This document shows positions 19,590 to 29,163 of a DNA stretch of 64,000 nucleotides, one piece after another. The stretch's first letter is position 1; each line of letters starts with the position of its first letter. Under the pieces are notes generated by a model that saw only the letters and a program-made list of their open reading frames with translations, was not told the origin of the DNA and made no database searches. The stretch comes from a virus. The position numbers and the translations under genes are program-made. Where the stretch lies: positions 5,128 through 69,127 of IMG/VR virus record IMGVR_UViG_3300009488_000019. The stretch is one strand, 5' to 3'.

Positions 19590-20558
19590 ATGGCGAATAC
19601 CGAAAACACTTTGAACTACACTACCATCCCACCGCTGAGAGACGCTATCTTTGAGTACACTCGTTCCTATGACAATTGGGGATCGGATTACTCAGTCACT
19701 GGATTGCTTCGACCGGCACGGGAGATTATGCTGGTGGATAGGCATAAGAAGGAAATAGATGCCCAGCCATTCACGCATGACAAGCTGCTGAAGAGTCTTA
19801 AGTCCTTCAAAGGTACGGCGATACATAATCACTTTGAGTATATGCTTCGCCGGTTCATGGGCAAAAACCAAAAGAAGGGATACATCATTGAGCGGAGAAT
19901 TTGGGATCGGATCAACGGTCGTAAAATCTCTGGTAAGTTTGATGCCTTCCTTAACGGTTGTCTGTATGATTGGAAGACAACGTCAGTCTGGAAAAGAATC
20001 TTTGGGGATTGGACAGACTTTGAAAAGCAGTTAAATCTGTATGCTTATCTCTTAGGAATCTGCGGGATAGAAGTCAAGATGATATCTATCATTGCATGGT
20101 ACCTTGATTGGGATAAGATGAAGGTCTGGAATGATCCTGAATATCCTCGTGCTGAGATAGAACAAATCGTTTACTCTGATTTGTGGACTGCCAAAGACCA
20201 GAAGTCCTATCTCTTCGACCGCATTGACCACATGAAAAGGAATGAGAAGCTGGCCGATGACGACCTCGAACTTTGCACGGACAAAGACCGATGGGCTAAG
20301 CCTACAGCCTATGCGGTTATGCGCCCCGGTCAGGCTCGTGCGGTTGCTTCAAAAGGTTTGACTACCAAAGCAAAAGCAAATGCCTTTATTAAGGACGCAA
20401 AGCAGGAAGACAAAGCTACCTTCACTGTAGAGTGTCGGCCCGGTCTAAACACCAAGTGCCTTGACTACTGCAATGCGGCACCGTTCTGCAATCAGCATCA
20501 AGCATGGTTAGCTGAGAATCAGGCGGCTGTTGATGCGCATATAAAGGCGACCGGCTAA
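19590..20558 (+). CDS. Cas4/RecB-like PD-(D/E)XK exonuclease
   Basis: GTAIH, E, SGKFD, YDWKT, QLNLY, C-terminal C..YC...FC. Confidence 0.8.
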   Translation: MANTENTLNYTTIPPLRDAIFEYTRSYDNWGSDYSVTGLLRPAREIMLVDRHKKEIDAQPFTHDKLLKSLKSFKGTAIHNHFEYMLRRFMGKNQKKGYIIERRIWDRINGRKISGKFDAFLNGCLYDWKTTSVWKRIFGDWTDFEKQLNLYAYLLGICGIEVKMISIIAWYLDWDKMKVWNDPEYPRAEIEQIVYSDLWTAKDQKSYLFDRIDHMKRNEKLADDDLELCTDKDRWAKPTAYAVMRPGQARAVASKGLTTKAKANAFIKDAKQEDKATFTVECRPGLNTKCLDYCNAAPFCNQHQAWLAENQAAVDAHIKATG

Positions 20559-21007
20559 TGGGTTGGCATCGACAAGCAAGGAAAGCGAAACGGCGTGTGC
20601 ATCCATACGCCGGTTGCAAAATGGCTTCAAAGGCAGAAGTCAAGTTTGCTGAATGGATGGATGCGAAGCAATTGAATTGGATGTATGAACCTGAGAAACT
20701 TGATTGGGTACCACCGCTGCGCAAGTACACGCCTGACTTTAAGGTGATGCGCAAAGATGGGAGCTTCTTTTTTGTGGAGTACAAAGGCTATCTTAGGCCC
20801 GAAGATAAAACAAAAATGGCAGCTATTAGAAAGCAATACCCTGACTTAGATATCCGGTTTGTCTTCATGAAGGCTAACAAGCCATCGTATAAGGGTGCGA
20901 AAACCACGTACGCTGGTTGGGCTGAGAAGAACGGGTTTCTATGGGCTGAGCTTACTATCCCTGAAGATTGGTTACTCGAAACCAAACCATATAGGAGGCC
21001 GAAATGA
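20558..21007 (+). CDS. T7 endonuclease I-like Holliday junction resolvase
   Basis: S..E, YEPEK, YTPDF, VEYKG, DIRFVF, TY..WAEKNGF. Confidence 0.9.
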   Translation: MGWHRQARKAKRRVHPYAGCKMASKAEVKFAEWMDAKQLNWMYEPEKLDWVPPLRKYTPDFKVMRKDGSFFFVEYKGYLRPEDKTKMAAIRKQYPDLDIRFVFMKANKPSYKGAKTTYAGWAEKNGFLWAELTIPEDWLLETKPYRRPK

Positions 21008-21384
21008 GACAGTGCAACCAATGTAGTAATCGGAAATGTGATCAGCTAAGAATGCACCGGGCAAAGAAACGAGTACTCACTCTGGAAGAGTTACAAGGTG
21101 ATTGCACCAGACATATTCGTGTGCCCCGTGTTACAGAACCTCTGATTGACTTGGCTGTTGGCAATAACCCACAGGGAGTGCAGGATTGCTTGTCGCAATT
21201 CCCGTTCCCGACTGACCATCTTATCAGCGGAGGAAAAAAACGTGGACGTAAACGAAATCGCAAACGAACTCATAGAAGCAAAAGACCGTCTGGAAACACT
21301 GGCAGCTAACTATCCCGGCTTAGATGCAGACCCACTGTTCTATGAGCCACTGGAATCAATAACCAAAATACTGGAGGAAATCGA

Positions 21385-21810
21385 ATGAACGGACTAACAG
21401 CAAAGCGGCTAAGGAATCTGGCGTACGCTATCGTTGTAGCGGGTGGAGAAAAACCCGGAGAGAAGTACAACCAGTATAACCAAGAAAGCAATTGTATCTC
21501 ATGGGAACCGGCGTATGAGGATGGGTACCGGCATGACTTCTCTACCAAGACGAACATCATTGGTATGCGTTATGCGGATATCAACAATGCCAAGCACGCT
21601 CGTGCAAAAGACCCAGATGGGAATGACCTTCTTGGTATGTTTAAAAACCCCGGCACTGTTCATCATGCGCACAAGGTGACGGTGCTTTACAGGCATCTTA
21701 AAAAACTATGGAGGCGTACTCATGGACGACATGAAATCTTCGGGAAGAAATTTAGACGAAATTACCGATCCGATTTATCATCCTTACAGACGGCTCCAGT
21801 TAAAGGTTAA
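21385..21810 (+). CDS. hypothetical protein
   Basis: GGAGG RBS; overlaps the preceding ORF stop. Confidence 0.5.
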   Translation: MNGLTAKRLRNLAYAIVVAGGEKPGEKYNQYNQESNCISWEPAYEDGYRHDFSTKTNIIGMRYADINNAKHARAKDPDGNDLLGMFKNPGTVHHAHKVTVLYRHLKKLWRRTHGRHEIFGKKFRRNYRSDLSSLQTAPVKG

Positions 21811-22032
21811 TCTCGTGGCTATGGTAGTCGCTTATGCGGTTGCGGCTGTGCTGGCAATCATCCGGTACTTCGATCCTAACGGAGACAAGTACGTTAAGAC
21901 AAGGAAATATGAAGATGATTACTTGCGAAAAATGCGGAGAAACCGGTAGGATCGGTTATCTTCGGGTAGAGAATTACAAACTCATAATCGTATGCGACTT
22001 CTGTGAAGATTGGATACGGGAAGGAGAAGTTA

Positions 22033-22524
22033 ATGAGCTTTGCACCAAAACAACTCAGAGCGTTCATAGAGGACGTTCTCAACCTGTTCGGCCAGAAGGC
22101 AAACAGTTCCAGCTTCGATTCACCTTCGGCAGTTGAGCTATTGATGCTTACGGCTGCACAGGAAACTCACCTTGGAAAGTATCTGAAACAGGTACGTGGC
22201 CCGGCGTTAGGAATCTATCAGATGGAACCAAATACGTATCAAGATATTTGGGCCAACTACATCTGCTATCGCCAAAACCTTCTGGACGCAATGAACGACC
22301 TGTATGGTAACTCAGGTATTGAGTGGCAGCTACGGATGCGGGGTGATCTGGTCTATCAAACGATCATGTCACGAATCTTTTATATGCGTATACCTGCTGC
22401 ACTCCCGGCAATCGACTCTCCGATGGACTTAGCCTACTACTGGAAGAAATACTATAACACCAAGTATGGCAAAGGCACCCCTGAAGAGGCTTACAAGAAC
22501 TATCTCAAATTCTGTTTTAAATAG
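22033..22524 (+). CDS. lysozyme-fold transglycosylase-like protein (putative endolysin)
   Basis: TAAQET catalytic Glu, GPALGIYQMEP, YWKKYYNT. Confidence 0.7.
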   Translation: MSFAPKQLRAFIEDVLNLFGQKANSSSFDSPSAVELLMLTAAQETHLGKYLKQVRGPALGIYQMEPNTYQDIWANYICYRQNLLDAMNDLYGNSGIEWQLRMRGDLVYQTIMSRIFYMRIPAALPAIDSPMDLAYYWKKYYNTKYGKGTPEEAYKNYLKFCFK

Positions 22525-22534
22525 GAGGGAACCA

Positions 22535-22753
22535 ATGGGACTATTCAATAAAACCTATGATCAAATCGTCAAGGGATTCACGAAGGTCAAGTCAGACCTA
22601 CGTGCGCTGGAGCAACGGGAAACCGAAAAGTCAATAACTTTGGATCGGGAGATTGTCGCCTTACGGGACGAACGGAATGTTGCCCTAAAGGAATCAGTCC
22701 GGGCCGGTGCCACTGCTGACAAACTGGACGAGTTCTTCGGCAAGGATGCTTAA
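22535..22753 (+). CDS. coiled-coil hypothetical protein
   Basis: AGGAGG RBS; heptad pattern. Confidence 0.55.
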   Translation: MGLFNKTYDQIVKGFTKVKSDLRALEQRETEKSITLDREIVALRDERNVALKESVRAGATADKLDEFFGKDA

Positions 22754-22806
22754 ACACTTAACACTGACAGGATAATTTATACTGTCAGATATAAATAGGA
22801 GGCAAC

Positions 22807-23922
22807 ATGAAAATAAATTGTGGAACATGTAACTATTCCTATCCCCGTCATTGGGGTGAAGGATTTTCAATTGGCGGCTGCCTGAAAGACTCTGAGGTCT
22901 GTCTCACAAAAAGTGAGGCTGAAACCCGACAAATGCTGAGGGCCGTTTACGGTATGATGTACGACTACCGGCTATGGCTGCCCAAAGGTGACGAGCCTGA
23001 CGAATCCGCTATTATCCCTGCCATTCCTAAAGCATTCATTGGTGAACAGTTGCAGATTGCTGGTGCGAAGTATGATGCACTGGTGAAGGAAAAGGAAAAA
23101 CCCATCTGCTTTCACTGCCCTTCAACGTTGTGGTGCGGTGACTGTGACGATGCCCTGAAGTGTATGGAAGTCGATCAGTGTGGTACCTGTGAGTTTGAGA
23201 CAGAGTGCAATGATAACGACATAGCCGTAAACGGTGGGGAGCTTAGCCAACCTGCGCATACGCACGGTGATGATGGGGTTATGACCTTTAAGCCACTCAG
23301 ACCAACGCCGCTGCTGCTTACGTTTGAAGAGAGCCAGCCGACAAAGGACTTTATCGAAGCTGATCAGTCGGTGCCCTTCTGTGCAGAGGACTGTACGCTG
23401 CGGGAAAACAATCAGGATGCGTGCGAGAATGACTGTCTCCCTCAGCAGCTTAAAACCATTGAAGAGGTTGAGGATATCTTTGATGGGCATCTGGAAGCAG
23501 CTTATGCCGAAGCGGAAGCAGAGTCTCCGCACATGCTTAATGGGCACGTCTTTGCTCCATCTGAGGCGTATCTCAAGGACATGGAGGAAGAGCTACCCAA
23601 AGGCGCAGTGAGCGGTCGTAACTACGATGCCATTGATGCTCTGGAAAAGCGTGAAGAGGACGTGGTGCTGCACCCTAATCACTATGCCGAAGCAGATATA
23701 CCTTCTGGTATTGAGTGTTGGGATTGGTATGAGTTGGCCATGACGGAAGAAGAAATCACTGGCCATTTTAAAGGGAACGCTTTGAAGTATATTTTCAGAG
23801 CGGGAAAAAAGGGCAACGCCATTCAGGATTTGGAGAAGGCCCGGAACTATCTTGCCCGGTGGATTGGTTACCTCAACGGTGATCGAACCGTTCACATGCG
23901 GGGCAAGAAACATGACGGTTAA
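22807..23922 (+). CDS. DUF3310 domain protein with a long Cys-rich N-terminus
   Basis: C-terminal VLHPNHY...IEC...GNALKYIFRAGKKG...DLEKARNYL. Confidence 0.8.
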   Translation: MKINCGTCNYSYPRHWGEGFSIGGCLKDSEVCLTKSEAETRQMLRAVYGMMYDYRLWLPKGDEPDESAIIPAIPKAFIGEQLQIAGAKYDALVKEKEKPICFHCPSTLWCGDCDDALKCMEVDQCGTCEFETECNDNDIAVNGGELSQPAHTHGDDGVMTFKPLRPTPLLLTFEESQPTKDFIEADQSVPFCAEDCTLRENNQDACENDCLPQQLKTIEEVEDIFDGHLEAAYAEAEAESPHMLNGHVFAPSEAYLKDMEEELPKGAVSGRNYDAIDALEKREEDVVLHPNHYAEADIPSGIECWDWYELAMTEEEITGHFKGNALKYIFRAGKKGNAIQDLEKARNYLARWIGYLNGDRTVHMRGKKHDG

Positions 23923-24297
23923 ATTCAAATGCCGTGTACGTGGGTGTAAGAAAGCAGTTGATCATCCTTATACCTGCGCCCCACGCTGTCCTATTCATGG
24001 CAGCAAAATGGTAAAGGCGCAGCGGGAGTGTTCTGCTCCTGCTGCTGGTTCTAAATATACGGAATACGGCGGGAGAGAATGATGATCCAGTGTGATAATG
24101 AGAAGTGTCTGTTTGCGAAGCGAGATCATCATGGCGATCTGGTATGTAGCTCTTCACCCTCACTGCAAGGTGTGGTAGACGAGCGGCTGGTGTGTCATAC
24201 GTTCAAGCTGCGCACTGGCCCTACTGAAGAGTTACAACCGGGCCGCAATAAGACCGGGCTTTTCCCCGGACAAATAGGTTATAGGAGGGATGAATAA

Positions 24298-24576
24298 ATG
24301 GGATCGACTCAACGTTGTAACACCTGTAAATTTGGTGATTGGGGATACAAAGGAAAGGTACCCTGCGGCGACTGTATTGCTTTTAGCAAGTGGCAAACGT
24401 TTGCTGGTGCGCCACCTGTCAAGCACCCTACGGTAGAATTGGAGTGCGAATGTGGCAACCGGGAATCAACCTTTTCTCCGCATCCCCTCACGGGTTTTGT
24501 CTATAACTCTAACTGGAGTGTACGCTGTGGCGTTTGCTCTGCTAAAATGACGGAGGTTAAGAATGACTCTAAATGA
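24298..24576 (+). CDS. small multi-Cys protein
   Basis: several CxxC/CxC pairs. Confidence 0.5.
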   Translation: MGSTQRCNTCKFGDWGYKGKVPCGDCIAFSKWQTFAGAPPVKHPTVELECECGNRESTFSPHPLTGFVYNSNWSVRCGVCSAKMTEVKNDSK

Positions 24577-24877
24577 TATCCGAAAAATCCAAAGCCGCAT
24601 CGACAATCTGAAACAGAAGCATGAGCTTCGCTCAGACGATTATGTCAAAGAGCATTGCCCATATAAAGTGGGTGATCTAATCACTGTGGCCGGTTACTCT
24701 CACAAAGGGAAACAGCTTATGATTGACGGGATTGAATTGAAGCAGGGCTTCGGCTGGAACGATCAACCCTTATCATACGGCTTCGTGTATACCGGCGGCA
24801 TCGTAAATAAAAACGGAAGAGTTGGGGAACTTTACACCAGCTTTGAAGTTAAAATAAAGGAGGGAGAGGATGAATGA
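24563..24877 (+). CDS. hypothetical protein
   Basis: GGAGG RBS; CPYKVGD SH3-like start. Confidence 0.55.
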   Translation: MTLNDIRKIQSRIDNLKQKHELRSDDYVKEHCPYKVGDLITVAGYSHKGKQLMIDGIELKQGFGWNDQPLSYGFVYTGGIVNKNGRVGELYTSFEVKIKEGEDE

Positions 24878-25643
24878 AAAAGAAATTAAAGTCACTGGTG
24901 AACGAACTTTCGACTCTGGCGCTCAGCGTGATCCAAACGAAAACAAAGGAAGGTATGATCTCTTATCTCCGTTATTCCTGCGGCGATTGGCGCAACATAC
25001 GCAAAAGGGTGGACAAGTTCGTGGTGATCGAAATTGGGAAGCTGGCATGCCTATGGCTGCTGTCCTTGATTCTGCTATTAGGCACCTTTATAATTATCTC
25101 GAAGGCGACCGAAGTGAAGATCATCTGGCTGCGGCTTCTTGGAATGTAATGAACCTGATCCATACGGAAGAGCAGATTGAACGGGGGAACCTACCGTCTG
25201 ACCTTGCCGATGGACTACCGGACTACACCAAAAAAAAGAAACCGGAGATTGCCAAGATGGATTTGGCAATGGCTGAACTGGCTATGACCGGGCTGCTGTA
25301 TACCAAAGTCATTTCGTATGAAGACCTCTACCCAAATGAGATTATACCGTTGCGGGGTGAAAGTCCGTATGCGAAGTCTGGCCCCCATGAGAATTGGGAC
25401 GCTGATTATTACGTAGGCCATTGTGGAAACCACGGGGATTATGATACCCGGAAGGGTGACTGTCCGGGCTGTGTCAGGGAATCCACTGGCAGTCATGGGC
25501 ACCCTGACCCTGAGCCGACATGCGGAAACTGCACCACGGCTACCCCGGAGGGAGAGCCAATACCCTTCTCTGATGAATGCATGACCTGTAGCCGCCTGAG
25601 TAACTGGAACGGCCAACCCCGCTCTGGAAAGGATGGTGCCTAA
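24870..25643 (+). CDS. DUF5664 dATP/dGTP diphosphohydrolase-like protein with a Cys-rich tail
   Basis: SGAQRD, KGRYDLL, RNWEAG, SAIRHL, EDHLAAASWN. Confidence 0.85.
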   Translation: MNEKEIKVTGERTFDSGAQRDPNENKGRYDLLSPLFLRRLAQHTQKGGQVRGDRNWEAGMPMAAVLDSAIRHLYNYLEGDRSEDHLAAASWNVMNLIHTEEQIERGNLPSDLADGLPDYTKKKKPEIAKMDLAMAELAMTGLLYTKVISYEDLYPNEIIPLRGESPYAKSGPHENWDADYYVGHCGNHGDYDTRKGDCPGCVRESTGSHGHPDPEPTCGNCTTATPEGEPIPFSDECMTCSRLSNWNGQPRSGKDGA

Positions 25644-25842
25644 TGGCTTTACAAACACCTGAATGTTTTGAGGCAATGCGGCAGGAGTTCATGCTGCAAC
25701 GTGCTGAGCGCCAGTGGCTGGAGTGGTTTTTTCAGAAGGCGTTATCAGGCCCGACCGAAGCAGGTCTACGACAAAGGTTGCAGAAGATGTATGAAAAGGA
25801 AACGGGGCGTACCATTCCCCCTAACTATCGGCAGGAGGACGA

Positions 25843-26223
25843 ATGAAGCTACTGATAATTCTCATGAGTCTTTTGATTACCGTTTCAGCGATCGCCGGGG
25901 ATATCCGTTTAACGTGGGATGCGAATGACGAGCCTACCGTAACCGGGTATAACGTGTACTGGCGCAACCACATCAATGAAAACTACAAACTGATGTCAGA
26001 AATATTCGAGCAAGACTTTGACAACCCGTTGTTTCCAGAGATTGGAGTCTGGGGTTTATCCAACAGCTTGAATTATTACTTTGTGGCAACAGCGTTTTCA
26101 ACCGATGCTGAAAGTGGCCATTCCAATGAAGTTCTATGGTCATACACTGCACCGGCCCCTAAGCCTGACTCTGGTGGAGGCGGGGGTGGGTGTTTTATCT
26201 CAACCGTTGGAGGGACGCAATGA
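25843..26223 (+). CDS. secreted fibronectin type III-like protein with a Gly-rich CFI C-terminus
   Basis: signal peptide; LTWDAN..GYNVY...YYFVATA...ES..SNE; ends GGGGGGCFIST. Confidence 0.75.
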   Translation: MKLLIILMSLLITVSAIAGDIRLTWDANDEPTVTGYNVYWRNHINENYKLMSEIFEQDFDNPLFPEIGVWGLSNSLNYYFVATAFSTDAESGHSNEVLWSYTAPAPKPDSGGGGGGCFISTVGGTQ

Positions 26224-26688
26224 TATTTAATTTACTCGACTTTCAAATCAGTACGGCGAATCGCATCTATTACCTTGACCTTGTCTCTGTGGAAACCGAA
26301 AACAGTGACATGGCTGATGGCCTGTATTCGCTGTTCCATCTGGCCTATGTAGATGGGGAGTGGTTCTTTGACCTGTTCTATCTGGGCAAGCCGATCTACA
26401 AATTGGCTGTTAAACTTTTCGGGTAGGCCTACTGTCGGGGGTGCGTGTTACAAATGACGCATCCCTGACTCAATCCTTTTTAGAAAGGTGGTGTAAATGA
26501 TATGCTTCGATTCTGGCATTTTGTCTTAATGGTAATTATCTTTTTCGTACTCACGCTCTCACCGATTTGGTCAGTCTTTTTGGTCATGCAGTGTGAGGCT
26601 TTTGAAGTTAAATATACGGGTGCAAGCTGGACGGATCATGTTTATTATGATGCTCTGGTGAAATCCAAATGGCGAAAGGTAGGTTTAG

Positions 26689-27621
26689 ATGATAAATTTT
26701 AATCAAGCGTTTGAGTTGTGGCAGGATTGGGCGGGGGATAACCTGAAGGGTAACACAAGCCAGCCAATGATATCTCGCTATGAGCGGCATCTGAGGCGGT
26801 CTGTTGGGAGCCTTTTGCTGGATACGCTGGATGAACCCCGTGCCCGGAAGGTAATTCGTAACCTGAAACGGAAAGGGCTGGATCAGCCTACCATAAAACA
26901 ATGTATCAATACGATCAATTCCATCTATAATGCTATGGTTGAGTTGGGCCACTGGCAGGGTAAAAGCCCCCTATATGGTATGAAAATTAAGCAGTCCAAG
27001 CACAGACGGATTCGTACCCTATCTAAAGGGCAATGCCATGATATACTTTCAGCCTTTAAAGCGGCCTCACGTCCTCTGTATTGGACTTTGGCCGTCCTAT
27101 GCTACCATTGCGGCATGCGACCGTCAGAAGTCCTGTCACTGAGGCCTATGGATATCTCAGGCGATACGATCACGGTGCCCAATGTCAAGACTCCGACCGG
27201 CCAACAGAAGACCAGACGTGTTTTTGTCCTGACGAACCAAGCAGCGGCTGCTGTAGCCTACCTTATGAGCCTTCCTGTTGAAGTCTACGACCGGTTTTAT
27301 CCGCTTACGGTTGATACCCGATACGTCAATACGATCCTCTCGTCCCTTGGCCATAACGAAAACATCAGTGTCCGTGACCGGGTAAACCGGATCAGCCTTT
27401 ACACCCTACGGCACAGCTATGCAACTCACATGCTGGAAGAGGGTGCCGACATTCATCAGGTACAGGCCGCTCTGGGCCACGACAACCTGAATAGCACTAT
27501 GGTTTATTTACACGCATCCAACAAAGCAGGACGTGAAGGTCAGGAGATTTTGGCTACGGCTTTGGATCGAACGGATAAACCTGAATTGCGTGCGATTAAC
27601 GGAGGGAACCATGTCAAATGA
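26689..27621 (+). CDS. tyrosine recombinase/integrase
   Basis: GMRPSE, K, YTLRHSYATH, LGH, TMVY catalytic residues. Confidence 0.92.
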   Translation: MINFNQAFELWQDWAGDNLKGNTSQPMISRYERHLRRSVGSLLLDTLDEPRARKVIRNLKRKGLDQPTIKQCINTINSIYNAMVELGHWQGKSPLYGMKIKQSKHRRIRTLSKGQCHDILSAFKAASRPLYWTLAVLCYHCGMRPSEVLSLRPMDISGDTITVPNVKTPTGQQKTRRVFVLTNQAAAAVAYLMSLPVEVYDRFYPLTVDTRYVNTILSSLGHNENISVRDRVNRISLYTLRHSYATHMLEEGADIHQVQAALGHDNLNSTMVYLHASNKAGREGQEILATALDRTDKPELRAINGGNHVK

Positions 27622-27881
27622 TCAATACGAAAGTTACGAAGATTGGTATGATAACGGCCCCGGCTCTGAGGCGTTCAAACGCAAGATGCGAACCGGGAGA
27701 ACTCCATGCGCATTTCCAAATCTAACCTGTGAACCGACTAAGGTTTTCACAGAAGAAACCTATCACAACAAAGAGCATGGAAGCATGATCAAAGTGACTC
27801 TCAGGATTCCAGTTCGGCAATGGAATAAAATAAAACAAACGGTCATTAGAGTGCTGGCTCGTGTCAGGTTAGGAGGGTGAT

Positions 27882-28235
27882 ATGCCATACAAAGATAAAG
27901 TAAAGATAGCTGCTATGAACAAGCTCTATCGGGAAAAGAATTGGGCAAAGATTGCAGCCCGGCGTAAAGCCCACCATCAACGGTATCCGTGGCGCTGCGC
28001 AGAGCGGGTTGCTCGTAGCTCCTGTAAGAACCAACCACCCCGTGACATTATAAAGTGTCGGCGTGTGTATAAAGAGGTACGGTTACTTAATGAGGCTGCT
28101 GGCTGTCAAAAGTGGAACGTGGATCACATCATTCCTAAATCAGAAAACGGCCCTCACCATGAACATAATCTTCAAATCCTGACAGCAAAAGACAATAACC
28201 TTAAAGGTGATTTTTGGAGGGATAACATCTTATAA
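27882..28235 (+). CDS. HNH endonuclease
   Basis: VDHIIP...G.HHEHNLQIL...N..K. Confidence 0.85.
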   Translation: MPYKDKVKIAAMNKLYREKNWAKIAARRKAHHQRYPWRCAERVARSSCKNQPPRDIIKCRRVYKEVRLLNEAAGCQKWNVDHIIPKSENGPHHEHNLQILTAKDNNLKGDFWRDNIL

Positions 28236-28293
28236 AAAAGAAAAGCCCGGCTACTCCCCGGTTCAATGGGAGCGGTCGGGCTATTTTTGTTTT
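28234..28293. terminator. bidirectional intrinsic terminator
   Basis: GC-rich hairpin AGCCCGGCT..CTCCC/GGGAG..GGTCGGGCT flanked by an A-tract and a T-tract at the point where the two gene arms converge. Confidence 0.8.
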
Positions 28294-28307
28294 GAGCGGT
28301 CGGTACT

Positions 28308-28553
28308 TTAACTTGTGGGTACAATAAAACCATAGAGGAACTTTCCAGCAAGAGCAATGGCTGTGCCTAACACTCCACGTTTCGTCCACGTCACCGTAGA
28401 CTCCAGCTTCTTCAGCTTGTCCTCGTGAACCTGACATTGTCCAAAGCCTTTGCCTTCCATTGTTTTCTTAAAATCTTTCTGATCGCCCCTGATCTTTTCC
28501 ACCCGTTCGTCCAACCGGATCAAAAGTTCGTCCCTCTTCTCTTCAGTTAACAT
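28308..28553 (-). CDS. XhlA-like coiled-coil plus TM protein (lysis module)
   Basis: coiled coil with a C-terminal hydrophobic helix, next to the holin. Confidence 0.55.
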   Translation of the reverse strand: MLTEEKRDELLIRLDERVEKIRGDQKDFKKTMEGKGFGQCQVHEDKLKKLESTVTWTKRGVLGTAIALAGKFLYGFIVPTS

Positions 28554-28558
28554 TTTCC

Positions 28559-28984
28559 TCAGTCTCCTTTTTTTCGACTCATGAAGTCAGCAATTCTGCG
28601 GTAACCAAAAGCAGAACCTACTGCGATTCCCAGCATCCAGTTGTACCAATCTGGACATTCCTTGAGAGCGGCAAATCCTTCTCTCACTATACCCTGAAAA
28701 TCAATACCCCACATTGCAGGTAAGAAGCTCAGGATCGCCGGGATAGATAGGAGCAACGTGAACCACTCGTCTTTCCATCCTGAATTTGTGATACTCAAAT
28801 TCTCCCATGCGATATCAGCTTTCTGGCCGGTGGCCAAACGCTCAATTTTTGCATTGACTTGTGCTTCGGCAATCATAAGATCACCTTTTAACTTCGCACT
28901 CTTCCGGGCTTGCCAGCCCTCTACGATGGTGCCTACCGGTTTAAGGATAGCACCAAACGCTTCTTTAACAAATCCCCAAATCAT
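28559..28984 (-). CDS. holin (3TM, GTA-holin-like)
   Basis: SGWKDEWF motif, TM helices, FGYR end; ATG 28984 after AAGGAGG. Confidence 0.7.
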   Translation of the reverse strand: MIWGFVKEAFGAILKPVGTIVEGWQARKSAKLKGDLMIAEAQVNAKIERLATGQKADIAWENLSITNSGWKDEWFTLLLSIPAILSFLPAMWGIDFQGIVREGFAALKECPDWYNWMLGIAVGSAFGYRRIADFMSRKKGD

Positions 28985-29163
28985 AATACCCTCCTTAGTT
29001 TTGATTAACTTTTCCCTTTTTTGTGCGGCTTGGATCAGCGGAGTTACGTCCGGTATTCCATGCGGCATCCAATTGTCGTTGTTGTTCGGCCCGGCGTTTT
29101 TTCTCGCCGCCTATAGCGTCATGATCCACTGCGCCCGGATCAGTTTTCTTTTCATCTGACATA

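Noticed and set aside
19590-20558. CRISPR-associated Cas4
   Set aside because: A stand-alone Cas4-like exonuclease in a replication module is common in phages; no array or other cas genes are present
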